Source: Tubiluchus corallicola
Taxonomy: Eukaryota; Animalia; Priapulida
NCBI GenBank assembly: GCA_030141605.1
Contig: JAQGDQ010000309.1
Span: forward strand, 216,568 to 280,567
DNA: 64,000 nt
Direction: 5' to 3'
The notes beneath the pieces were generated by a model that was given only the letters and a program-made list of their open reading frames with translations, did not search any database and had not been told where the DNA came from. The translations under genes were made by a program, and so were the position numbers. Shown piece after piece: positions 24,601 to 38,600 of this stretch. Numbering within the stretch: position 1 is the stretch's first letter; each line of letters opens with the position of its first letter.

Positions 24601-26330
24601 TTGGTTTTTCCCCATTTTTCAAAACATGGTGTAACATCTACAGAGACTTGTACTATTTTTTGGCTTGGTAGCAAAATACATAATTTAAAACATGTACAGA
24701 CTTTATTCCACTCCACTATATGTGGAAAACAGTTTGGCGCAATTATGTCTTTAAATTCCATTTTTTGCAAAACTATTGCCATGGCTTTGCATAAGTATTG
24801 GGAAAACATATCTTTCAATTTTGTGACAACAGACAATGAATGATTTTTGATGAAATAATCTACTGTAAAATCTTTGTGCAGTTGCACCTCAACAAAAAAA
24901 TCAAACTCATCTGCAGAGCCAATCTTAACTCCAGAAGCTGAACTGCCAATAGGGATCGGTTTACATCTTATGTGATCACTTTTGTCAAAAATTCTGCTAA
25001 CAGCATTTAACAATTGAGCTATTTTAGTTCTAATGCAATCAAATTCATCCACATTTGAAATTGCTCCTAATCCTGGCATGAAAATCAAGTCCTCTAGAGG
25101 GAATCCATCAGCAATGTTTTCTGACGCAGCTTCATCTGTCGTGCTTTCTTTCGCACAAAACTTTGAAGACTGTTCTTGCCACATTTGAAAGTAGCGATAA
25201 GTAAGAAAAAGACCTGCAATCTGTTTGTAATTTAAGTTGAATGCTTTTCGATAAGCTTGCTGGATGCACATTTCATAAGCCGTTTCATGAGAGTCATTTA
25301 ACATTTCGGTCTGAACACCTGCATCAATGAAGTATTTAACAATGTTTACACTGTCAGCTGACATGTGAGTATTGTGACAAGCCAGAAGAATTAAACTTCC
25401 TCCTGCAGTAACTTCGTTTACTACCTGCATCACTACTTTGTCTGAATACCTCGCTAGCATATTTTCATATAATAGTTTAAGAACATCTTGTCTACCTTGT
25501 ATACATATCATGGAAAGTGGTGTATAACCTTTATTGTTGTTTGCCAGAATGTCAGAGCCTGCAAAAACCAAAAGAGCTGCTGAATGAATATGTCCTACCC
25601 ACGCTGCCCAAAACAGAGCAGTGTTATCATCTTTGTCAGTGTGAAATACATTGGCACCTTTAAGAAGCAGAAAAACAATTGTTCCAAAATGCCCTCGACT
25701 TGCCTGCAACGTGTAGAGGTGGATAGCTATCATCTGAAACGAAAGGGTAATCAATTTTGGCACCATATGTAATTAACACTTTCACTACTTCAATGTGGCC
25801 GTCAGCTGCTGCATATTGTATAGGTCGTACTTTGAAGTTTTTTTTTGGGATTCCATCAACTTCTGCACCATGAATCAACAGCATTTCACAAATTTCTGTA
25901 GTACCCTTTTTAGCTGCAAATGTTAGGGCAGACCATCCATTGTTCCTAGTAAGACAGTAAACTTCCGCACCCCACACAGTGAGTTTTTGAGCAACAGAAG
26001 CATTTCCCAAAAAACACGCGGTTTCTCCTTCATAATATTGAGCAAAGTCATCTGAATCTGATGTATTTCTAGTGATTGGTGAAACACTCTCTTTCCGCCC
26101 CCACTGTTGAGTAATTCGTCAACAAGCTGTTGATACGCGTTGCAGCATGTAGCATCTCGTTGAGAAATTGTTCTATTTACATCAAAACAGCCAGTTAGGT
26201 TAGCAGTTAATAACGTCTCGAGTTCTGATTTTTGGTTGGTGACTGGTAAACTGCTAATTAGCTCGTGGATTTTTCCATAGGAACAATCAAAAACACTTTG
26301 CACTGCAGTCTGTTGGTCAGGTAGTACGAG
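24585..26330 (-). pseudogene. Ankyrin-repeat + cGAS-like (Mab-21/cGLR) nucleotidyltransferase gene, frameshifted and C-terminally truncated
   Basis: Three overlapping ORFs join into about 7-9 ankyrin repeats (GWSALTFAAKKG, RPIQYAAADGH, YPPLHVA/ASRGH, NTALFWAAWVGH, GYTPLSMICIQG) followed by IGSSASGVKIGSADEFDF and VSVDVTP; intronless. Confidence 0.85.
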
Positions 26331-28299
26331 CTAGAGTAGTTGATTTGTGCTGTCAGTCGACCATCTTATACAGTACCTCCTTTCATTTTCAAACGCATAA
26401 ACACGTACTACAAAGTTGAGAGTTTAGTGAATAATAATCCATAAATGTGATAGTAAATATTTGTGTATGTTTCCGATTTTGATCTTTGGACAGACTGCTG
26501 TACTCTAATCACACAGCAAAGCGGTGACAAACAAATAAACATGCCCCGTTTTGTCCCGAAAATGAGTAAACAACTTGTTTAACTATAATTGTTATCAGAC
26601 TGTACATAAGGATCATAGTGCACTGCGTAATTTTGCTATTTGTTTAGTTATAAACATGGACGGTTGATACGGTCTTTTAAGGTCACTTTAAATTCATTTG
26701 TTTATATATTTATGCATTTGTGGCTATTGGATACTTTCAAGGGTTGATTAGGCAAACGTGCTAAAAATGATGTACTATGGAGCTTATAATAATTATGTAC
26801 ACGAGGAAAAGATACCCAGTCTTATGTAATAATAGTTAGTAATTCATGTACTCAGTTCTAATGTTTGTTTCATTTATGTGTTAGGCAATGTTTTTATGTG
26901 ATAATATTTCGTTATTTGCACGTGTATTTTGCTGTTAATAAAATATAATGAACTAGCATTCAAGCGACTAATAAGTATCATTATAATTATTATGAAAAAA
27001 TTCCAGTTTATTTTGCACTTTATATAGTCTTATAATAGCAGCTGCTTCGAATTATATTACTATAATGGCTTGGTGAGTAAGCACTTCAGACATGTTAAAA
27101 GCTGTGTAAGTTTAAGGGCCACCGTCAAAATGACCTCCACGTACAAAGAGCCACAAGTCAAAGTACATTCAGTCAAGGACCAGCAAATAAAAATTACCAG
27201 ACCACGCACGATTTGCTTTGTGTTAGGATAATGATATTATTTACAGGAACTTAGGTAGAATGGCACAGGTAAAAATGGCACGTATGTTATTTTGATAATT
27301 TCTATGATAAAACTAGAAGGCGCTCACTAGGAAGCAGATCTCCGCCAAGATCGAAAAATTCTAAGTGTGTTCGTCTGCATATTTTGATAGAAAACAGAAA
27401 ACAAGCAAACATACGAAAATATACCTGTAAAGGTATTATATGGACTATCAAAGGACTCACAGAACACGTTAAATAGAACTATAGTCAATAATGCACGAAC
27501 ATTCGACATAGTGTTTGTCTACATTTCGCATGATGATAATAGACTGATGAATACACATACTTACATACTAAGCGAGCTTATAGAAAACGTGTTGCGCGCT
27601 TTTCAAGCGGGAATTCCTCGAACTACAACCTGGAATTAACTTGTAGTTTGGTGGACAATAAAAGGAACTAGCCTAAATTGTAGCCAAGTCCTTCTCTTTC
27701 CAAAGAGATAGACCGCTTCCACTGAGGCCTCCACGAAGATCTTCACCATTTTCTGTACGTGATGTTCAGTCACGTTTTGTGAAGAAGGCGAGAAAAAACA
27801 TCAAAATTCAACTTTCTTGTCCCCTACCCACCTTCGCTACAAAGGTCATGGAAATCTTTTAAGTGGTTTTTGCGTAACAGGCTTACTGCTATTAGTTTAT
27901 AACAGACGAAAACAACCAGATAAACAAACAAACAGCCAACGTTGAAGCGCAGCTTCCGTGATACAGGTATATTACTCTTAAAAGTGTCGAATTTTTTTGG
28001 ATAAAAGAATCCAAGAGTTGATTCGGCCTTTCTGACCAAATAACCTATGTGTTTAAGACTATCTGCATGTGTACAAAAGCGTGGGTCTGTAATGAACTTG
28101 CTTTCCTTTCAATGGTGCAATTTAACTAAATCAGTAAAATTTTGAACGACAGTAATTGTGATAATAGTTTACACATTACAAATAAACAAACTGTAATTCA
28201 AGCAATCGGTACACCAAATCTATTCAAGACTGCACTTTTTGTAATCAAATTAGTTAGTTAGCTAGATTAGATTTTTTTAGATTTAATATTTTATTTCAA

Positions 28300-29590
28300 A
28301 CTTCACAAAGTTCATATACACATCACAAATTAATACAAATAATACAATAAATCATGACACACAACAATAACACAAATAACAATTAACGATAAAACAAACT
28401 ACGCCAATGACATCTAATTACAGAAGTAAAGTTTGCATCACTGTTTAAAATGTTCTTGTATATAAAATTTTCACTGTTATTCAGCCTGACGTATAAACTG
28501 TATGCACATTTTCTGTGAATCACATCAAAATAAATAATATTAAGTCTAGTAGAAATATATCTAGCGCTCGTATCATATGAAAAGTTAAACAGCTTCCGTG
28601 TTGATACATTATATGCAACCTTGAGTTTGCTAAGATTGTAAGAATAAAAATGTCTCCAAGTGGACATACAATAAAAAGTAGTGTAGTAAGCATTAAACAA
28701 TTGTCTCTTCACGTTAACTGAATAGTGAGTAAATTTCATGAGTAATTTATTTGCTCTACCATAGTAAATTGAACATTGTCCTGATATATCTAAATCATCT
28801 CTTTTGTCATCTGATAAAATATGACCCAGATATTTTCCTTTTTACTAGGTAAAAAACTTTTACACTGCCAAACAACAGACACAAAAGTAAACTGCTGCAT
28901 GTGGGCAGAGAGAAGTTTAGTCTTATTCACATTTCCAAGGATATCATATTCTTTAGCAAATTTATTAAAAATATCTAGCAGTCTCTACAAAGCCGTCGAG
29001 GTTGTTGCTAAAAGACATGTCATCAGCGTACAACAAGTGATTAATGCAGGCTCCAGCAATATGACAACCCACATCTGAGTTAGTAAGTGCAGCACTAAGA
29101 TTTTTAAAATAGAAGTTGAATAACAGTGGAGACACCTTGACGAATTCCATTGCTTACTGCAAAACAATCAGAGTTAAATTTGCCCGATCTAACCAACATA
29201 CGTTGTTCCGTATAATAAAAAGCAAAAGTCTAATTATTGCATTTGGTAGGTTAGTATTGATAAGGTTTAGGAACAGTTTGAGATAGTTTACTCTATCAAA
29301 TGCTTTTGATGCGCCAATAGACAGACAGAATATGTACAGTGCTTTGTCGACTAATGTAATAGTCACCTCTTTTAAGGTATGGATGCACATCTCTGTGCCT
29401 AAGTTTTCAATAAAACCAAACTGTAACGATTTAGAAGCAGTATTTCTATAACTTGCCTTCCTACAGATGAAAGAGCGATAGGCCTATAGTTGTTCTTGTC
29501 TGTAATATCCCCATTTTTGTCTTTAACGAGAGGTACTAGTACAGATAACATCAAAGACTGCGGCAAGTAACTGTGTGTTACACAGGACGT
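28300..29590 (-). mobile_element. Degenerate non-LTR retrotransposon (RT and C-terminal domain)
   Basis: Fragments NYRP-like, KAFDRVNY, SPLLFNFY, LLYADD and C-terminal LFNAY..FY...W spread over frameshifted ORFs. Confidence 0.85.
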
Positions 29591-32500
29591 GAATTAATTA
29601 GCAGTTAAGCTAGTTAATTAGTCAGTCAGTCAGTTCATTATTCCGATACAGTAATAGCTTACATTTCCTGTGAAATGGTATTAGACATTAGCATAACAAT
29701 GGAATCAGTGACCTGCACATTTTAAAAATATCTAAAAAACTTACTTTTTAACTATTTTTACATGTTGTTGCAAAAAATTGCCCCACGTATTACACAATAT
29801 TTGATTACATTTAGAGGAATGTTGAGTTGGATGCCAAAGCAAATTCATGTTAATTAAATATTTCCCAATATTGAACATAGATACTAAATATGAACTGGAA
29901 ATTCTTAAACAAATTTCAACCATGTCCATATACATTTATACATCTCTTGACAAAGTCTTTCTCAACATATGCGTATGAAAATAAAAAATAACAATTTCTA
30001 TAGAAAGAACCGTTTTGCCATATCTGCGAATTCGTCTGTCAGTCAATCAATCTGGCTTGGCATTCTTGGCGTTATTTCAGCGTGACATTCTTGGTGGCTT
30101 AGCATTCTTGGCAGCGTGGTATTTTTGGTTCAGAGCTTGATCAAGGACAGTGATGGTTAGCCTCATATAAAGGCTGTAAGTCCTTTGTGTGTGTTCCACA
30201 TGCCATGTTAAAACATTAGAAGTTTTTCAACATCTCGTGAGGTTGTTACACGGAACACCTACCCATTTATACGCCTCCACTCTATATCTTTGATATCTAC
30301 GTCAAAGATGTCCCCGAATCGATGCAAGAATTGCCGGAAAAACAATGATCAAGGTTTGAAGATTCCGGGTATTGGTTATAACATGTTACTAGGAATTTCA
30401 TTTTTAATCGTTAAATTATTGTAGTCATAAAAGTAAGGTATAAAAGTGAACTAATTGGTCGATTGAAAATTTTGTGGTCATAAAATGATTAGCCAGTTTG
30501 TATAATCTAGAAAGAGAAGTGGTCAAGAGATAGAATACAGTTATCAGAACCGCAGCTGTCACTAGCAAAAACTAAGTAATGCCGTGGTTCACCCACTAAT
30601 TTTTTAAAGGCAAATCATATTAATAATAATAAATAACACAAATAATATTGTAATTAAAACATTGTCGTGGAATGTATGTGGTATATGCTCGGCGTATGTA
30701 TAAATTTGATTTATGTATTGCCATTGTTTTAAATCAATTTGTAGAGAGTTTCCCCTAAGCTATAGTCAAATCAAAGCTTATGAATTACTACCACGAGATG
30801 GGCTACCACATAGATAGATTACCACCAGCATCGTGTAGTAGTGATATTTACGTGGGTTATGCATTGGATCTGTTTCTATAATATAATAAAGTTTATTCTG
30901 GCTACGCTACCCCTTAATTTTGAAAGCCTAAATATTTTGCCAGTGCCCCTTGGACAGTGCACTCGATTTTTGCGAACTAAATGCACTATTATTTATTACT
31001 AACAGTAAAGCTTTTTTCAAAGTGAAGCAGCCGCGTCGTACTACAATTTAATATTTTGTTGTTAAGTTACTTCTTAGTAACGAATTTAAGGGTGAAACTA
31101 GGTAATCTAAATTTTTTTCCAACTTAAAGCTTGCTAGTTAGTTATAAGCCTATGTAGTATTATTACTTTGGACTGATAGTGGTTCGTGAAATTATAAATT
31201 AAGAAACTCAAATGTAGAAATTCGTAGACATTTATGTATGTGGAAATAACAATTTGGACTCCGTTTTTTTCTGACATGCATCAGAATTAAGATCATTTAT
31301 TACGAATTTGAAGGTATCATGTTATAAATATATTTAATGACTATTAAGAATCATTAAAGGAGGACTGGATGGCTAATGTCCACCTAGGCAGCAGCACACC
31401 ATTGTAATGCCAACAGCTTCTTATCTTTTAGTTTAGATCTATTTTAAGGCACAGTGCTTATCAGTCTGCTGAGACTGTTTTCGTTATGCCTTAAATCAAA
31501 TAACTACCGAAAAATAAAATTTATTTCGGACTGAACACCGTATTTTAAAGTTTTTATTGCTGATACGACATTTATGTGATAAGCTATGTTAGTTAACAGT
31601 GCTATTAAGAGGCGGTACTATGAGTTAGACTTTACTGTGTTGAAAAATGAATTCTAAGGTAATGGTAGTCTAATTAAACCGTTATTAATTCTGAACAAGA
31701 TGAAGCAAATTAACTTCAGACACACTGCATGCCAAAATTGCCAAGTACTAGAGCTATAACAAACAAGTGGAGCCTATAGTGTCACTGTGCTTAAAATTCA
31801 TAGTTTACGATATGTGCATTTATTAGTACTAGTACTGTACAGAAACTGTATTAATCAGCTTATTCATCCCAATTATTCATCCCAACATTTAAAATCTAGT
31901 CATTCCAATGAATTGCTGCCTTTAGAAGCAAATTAATACTATATTGATTTACAATTGCTGTTTGACTAATCACTTCTAAAATCTATGTAGGAAAACTTAA
32001 TGTCACAGTGTATAATTTAGAACACTGTTTGTATTATGCTTTTAACAACAGGTCGCGCTAAAAAATTTGCATTTCTATATATAGTGAATAAAATTTTAAA
32101 ACAGCATTATGTACGAGCTATTATGTTATTCTAGAAAAAAAGATTTTTCAACTAAAACAAAATCTCAAATATAATATTTAAGTTAGCAGCAAATTTCACT
32201 TATGCAAATTTGCAAAATAATTTGTGCTTTTGGATTTGTCTTTTTTATGCTGAAACCACTTCCTGACAGATGATCAATTTTAATGCTCTCACTTACACAA
32301 TTTACACATTGGTGTTGCCATCTAGTAAAAGCATTTTTGGACTAATAGAAGCTAGTGCAAATAGCCTATCTTTAAAATGTGTCTGTTTGCAGATGGGTCA
32401 AATACATTAAAAAGTATTGTTAAGCATATATCTTTAACTGAAGATGTACTTTCTGTAATTTAAACGCTTTGTAAAAAACTAACTACATAAGTTTTTTCAC

Positions 32501-32689
32501 GTAAATGATCTAAGCAACATACAGCTACGTTTAATTTACTATCTTACAACATATATCAAGGCTGTTGAAGCGACCTTCTAATTGCGAAGGAATTTTTATT
32601 AACTAGTACTGTATCAATAAGCAAAATGTATATAGAACATTGTCATTAGCTTAGTTATTTTAATACACAGGAATTTGGAGCATAAAGAA

Positions 32690-35600
32690 ATGGAAACTGA
32701 AGGCATGAATCACAGTACAGAACCACCAACATCAGCTGTGCGTAGTGAACCAAGTATGGCTGCTGCATCTGAGATGAATGGTAACTCTTTATTAACTGTT
32801 GTTATTTTGGAGTAACCTATCACCTAGCAGACATGCTGGCCTAATGTTTATAGATTAATGTTTTAATTGTGCTTATGCTATAATTGACGTAGTTACCCCC
32901 CCCCCCATTTTACTTAACACTTTCTTTCAGAGACGTTGAGCTTTTTATGAGGTTTTGAAGCTTGTCCTGTCTTACTAAACACCTTACTCAGAGTGCCGGG
33001 TGTGGCTGGTGTGGTTTGCTAATCACTTATCCAGCAGTGAACTCAAATTTTATTAACATGTTTATTAAGTTTTATTAAATTTACATTACAACCTGGAGAT
33101 ATGGCAAATCACAAGACTCGTGAAACAAAATCTGTAATGATTAGTATTATTTATTTAAAAAAGACAGAAGTACAAAAAAACAGGTCAGCAAATCACTACA
33201 AACATTAAATAAACAATAAATATCAATAATATAATGATATTTTTGAAAGCAAAGCCATTGCTTAAAGTTGTTGTCAAGTGAAAATATGTCATTCTTTCCA
33301 GCAGGTGGTGCTCATGCTACTATTCCATCCACTAGTGCTTCCGATGTCCAAAAGTCTCCGCCGTCCATGATAAGAACAAAACCCGCAACCATTATAAGTC
33401 CTGCTGAAAAGCCAGCTGTCTACAGTCCTTTTGTTCCAGGTAACATTGTCAAAATGTCTTGTCGTGTTTTAATACGCAGTGCTGTATTTTTCTATTTTTT
33501 GACAAATACTGTAAGCAGAATAAATTTAAATGTATATACGAGATTTATGCAGAGAATTAGCTAAAGATTAACTTTGAAGTTTAACCCTTTCATACCCGTT
33601 GTATCCCGTGGGATACGAGAATATTTTGTGCCTTTAAAATTAACAAAATTTTAAAACTGACAGTTATTTGATCTGTTAATAGTTATTTTGATTTAAGCCA
33701 ATAACAATAGACTAAAATGGTGATAAAATGGTAAACTAGAAAATCTACATAGCATAAAAACTGCGCAAGGTACAGTACTTTAGAGACGACTTTGTACACA
33801 TCAGCATAGCTTGCGTACTAAATGTCTTAAATACTTTAAAAAATTATCAACAGTTGCAAAATGAAGCACATTTTATGCTTCCATTGAATCCCAATGTATC
33901 CCGTGGGTTACAGGCTATATTTAGCATGCGGGCACAGGCAGAAAAAATAATTATTATGTGTAAACAAGATGGACATACTGAACAAAAGTACCAAGCCAAA
34001 AAATTCTCTCTTATTAAAAAATAATTTGGGACTGAAAGTGTTAATGTATCGGGTAGGTAAATTTAGGCAATCAATATCGTTGCTTAAAAATTCCACAGTA
34101 AATGTAAGTGAGTGTTTTGGTCCTCCATTTTTATGTATTTAACTGAAACGTCATACATCTTAGTCTTTTCCTGCTTCTTGGGATTTTTCATTAATTGTCA
34201 CTTCGTAAAATAGAATCTTTTTGCGAAATATTAGCTAGAAGAAATTATTAGCTAGTTTTCGTCTTGTTTTACAGGTACGTCCCCGGATGCAAGTCCCACA
34301 ATGTGTCAGTCGGCCGGACCTAAACTTATGACTAATAACAACGTAAAGCTTGAATCAGTTAAGGCTTGGACGCTTTCCACATACAAGTGTACACGGCAAC
34401 TGCTGTCCGAAAAGCTGGGTAAAAGATGTATTGCAATATGATTTTCACAAAGTGCAGAAAACTGTCATTTCATTATTTCCCCGCACCTACTGCAGCAGTC
34501 ATACCACAATCCTGGTACAGATTATGCAAAACAAGGCATCATTGATAAATCTTTAGAGCTGATGTCAACATAGCGCAATCTATTATCTTCCTTCCTACCA
34601 TTTCCACTAACACATCCTTCTACCCTTCCTGTGTGATCTAACCTTTCTCCCAGTTCTTTTTTTGTTCACTCATCCATTTTTTTATCAGGTTCACATGACA
34701 GTGGGCTTATACAAGCCTTTGCTTCTCTAGCCCACTGCAGTACAATTATTCTTTTATGATAACGATAGTATATGAAACATAACAATTTAATACAGTAGAT
34801 GTAATAATTTTGATGTCACTGTGTGCTTAATGTCATTATATTGTACGGAATGTGATAATAATAATAATAAAAAAAATAAAAGTATTAATGTTAAAAATGT
34901 AATTTTCAACACGCTGGTGACATATATTTGTACATAACTTTGAACTAAAATTTCGATGACATTACAGCAATTTCACTACACATATATTCCTTCTTTTCCT
35001 CAATAATTTCATCTACAATGAAGGAAGAATCTGCTCTAATGAGAAGATTTAATCATGATCAGAAGCAGAGTTGAGAGATCTTTAAATTCAAATGTTAAAA
35101 GCGACAATCTTGACTGATTTCTGTTAGGTCTCTAACCAGTAAGTCTTTGCGGTATGTCGAAACCTTTTTAGGTCTTGAAATGGTAAATCGTTGCCATCTG
35201 GTGGGAGAGTTAGCTTCACAGCTTTGCACACCATTTTAATGTTTCTGAAACAGAAACGCAGTCCAGAAGTGAAGTAAAATAACTTATTATTGGCATTTGT
35301 ACTGAATTTTACTATAAAATATAGTCAACTACATTCAGTGATTTATGCCTCTCAGCCTTTTCAGAATTAACATCGCATTTTTGTAAACTACCAATTTATC
35401 AAGAAAGAATTTTTTCCCCAAAATACTTTTGCAGCCTCAAAATTTGAAGATTCTAGAGTTTGCTAGCATCACTATGTACTCTGTTGTTGGCTATAATCAA
35501 TAGATCATTAGTTTTTAATAAATGTTTTACATAGAAAGTATGAACTTTGAAAATGGCTCTAGGAGGTCCTCATCATCGTTTCCTTCTTTTTAACGTACTG

Positions 35601-38600
35601 TTTTATATCGTATTATTAATATAACAACCTTGAATTAGTAACAATATTGCTGTTTATGATCAGGAAAGGGAACAAGGACGGTTGATGTTGAATTAGACCA
35701 ACAGGTGGAGCTGATCAGAGACACGCAGCGCAAGTATGAGGAGATCATTCGGCTAATACGTGCCTTTACCAGTCATTTTAACAACATGATTCAAACACAG
35801 AAACTTCTCGGTGATTCCTTTACAGGTAATGCAGCATTTTATGAATAACCATCATCATTATCATCATCATCGTCATCATCACCACCACCATTATCATCAT
35901 CATCGTCATCATCTTCTCATCATCATCGTCATCATCATCACCACCACCACCACCATCATCATTCTTATCATCATCGTCATCATCATCACCACCACCACCA
36001 TCCTCATTATTAACATCATCATCACCATCATCATCATCATATCATCATTATATCATCATTATCGTCATAGAAAGAGGAGATTCTTGAGGCAATCTTAGTG
36101 TATGCAGGTGAACCTATTTCTATATATCTATATATTTCCTTATTCACAGGTGAACGAATTGTCAAATGTCGGTATTCATAAACAGTATGTGAGGTTGTAG
36201 TTGAACATTTTGTAGAAAAAGAATAAAACACTATACTACATATCTGCTCAAAACTGAAAACGTTTATTAGACTACATATACATATGTAGAATGATTGCTA
36301 CACTGAACACTGAGGACCAGAGTGTCCTGCACTGAACACTGAGAGTTAGACAGTAAGTGACATGAGTATCACAACTAGCATGACTTCTGCACTGCATTGA
36401 GAGTGAGACAGAGAGTCACATAAGTAGCACGACTGCACTGCACTGAGAGTGAGAGTTAGACAGTAGCACGACTGCACTGCACAGAGAATGACTAGAAGTA
36501 GAATCCAGTCAGTATATATAGGTAGAGGTAATTATGCAAACTTGGCTTCACAAATACCATTACAGTAAAATAGGGAGAGATCCAGTGAGTATGCATATTC
36601 ACTGGACCGAACAATTATACTATGGGTGAGTTTGGCTAGTAAAATGTAAAGTGATTAGTCAATAGATGGCAGCACCTAAAATATACAGTTACAACTTCCA
36701 CACAGAAGCTAATTTTGGAGCTTGGCTCAAAATGATCTATGATCAAAAACATCTGAATTGCAATATTGTTTTTTAAGAATGACTTGCATTAAAGCCGCTA
36801 ATAAACATGTTAGTTTTTCAAGACTTTCTTTACTTGTGCCTGATCTGGCGCAAATTCAGATAGGTAACAACAATATTACGCAAAAATGGGCAGCGATTAG
36901 CAGAACTATGAATTAACTTCAGGAACTTTTCCTGACATTAGACTGACGAGAATAACTTTGTAAAATTACTCGATAGCGTAATTGTTTAAAATTTGAAATT
37001 TTGATTTTTGAAATAAAGTTTTTGCTTTTCACTGTGACTGTCAGTCTGTCACACAGCAATATTCACTGATGACATGAGTGTGTAGTAGGAGTGGTATAAT
37101 TTAGACCATCAGTACCATATTTCTATAGGTTTTACATGTCAAATGTAGATGTGCGTTAACTCAAATGTAGATTTAGGTAATTCAAATGTGTCTTGGTAAC
37201 TCAAATGTAGGCTTAGGTAGTTCAAATGTGTCTTGGTAACTCAAATGTAGGCTTAGGTAGTTCAAATGTGTTAACAATGGTTTTCAAGAAATCTTGAACG
37301 CTTTTGGTAAGTCAAATGTAGACACATCTCAAGTCAAATGTGACATTGGTATCTCAAATGTGGATAGGTGGTAAAGTTTAAGGATGTTAAATTTAATCTT
37401 TTTTAATTTCAATTTATTAATTGCTCCTAAGTTAAAATAACAACGTTATAGGCCTACTAATAGATGCACTACCTGTAGTTTATCTTTTTCTAATTTGCAC
37501 TTAAATAACTTAATTACTGATTTATTAAAAGTAATGCATCTACATTTGACTTACCTAAGTCACATTTGAGTTACCAAAACACATTCGAAATTCCTGTCTA
37601 CATTTGACTTACCTAAGTCACATTTGAACTTTCCTGGGTCTACATTTGACGTGTAAAACCCATATTGCCTGTACAAGTTACTTTTAGTGTGATGTAAAAT
37701 ACAATTATTTTTTACAAGAGGATAGTTTTTGGGGCTAGAGGAATAGCTAGGACATCATGACATTTATTTAGCAACCAAAGGTCAACAAGAAGGTCAGCAA
37801 CAAGAATAATGCAAATAACAAACCTGATAAGAAAGTCGTTCTAAAAATCTGCCACTAAGCTGTTTCACCTGTCCTACTGTCTCTGGCTGTGGGGGAGAAT
37901 CTTCAATTTTTGTTCATGCATCCAGATGTGGTTAGGATACCTCTGCTGGTTCAGCATATCATCTTGGAGAATTATCATTGATAATCAGATAGATTACAGT
38001 CCTAGCTCAAATGATGAATCTTAGGTTGTAGTGCAGAGTTCTGGACTGTACAAAAAAAACATGTCGTTTCTGCACCTCAGAATGTGTTGTTTAACCCTTT
38101 CATACCCGTTGTATCCCGTGGGATACAAGAATATTTTCTGCCTTTAAAATTAATAAAATTTGAAAACTGATAGTTATTTGATCTGTTAATAGTTATTTTG
38201 ATTTAAGCCAATAACAATAGACTTAAAATAGTGATAAAATGGCAAACTAGAAAATCTACGTAGCACAAAAAACTGTGCAAGGTACAGTACTTTAGAGACG
38301 ACTTTGTACAGATCAGCATAGCATGCATACTAAATGTCTTAAATACTTTGACAAATTATCAACAGTTGCAAAATGAAGCACATTTCATGCTTTTGTTGTG
38401 TTTTTAAAAAAGTCGGACTTTGTTTTTTTGCATATGACAAAGAATGTTGTGTATCCCACAGGATACATTGGGAACAATAGTATGAAGCCAAAATTGTTTT
38501 CTTATTAAAAATGATTTGGGACTGAAAGGGTTAAAGGAAATGCCAACACTCGAACAATATTCATTATATTTTAATATACAGTTAAGCATATTGAAATTAC

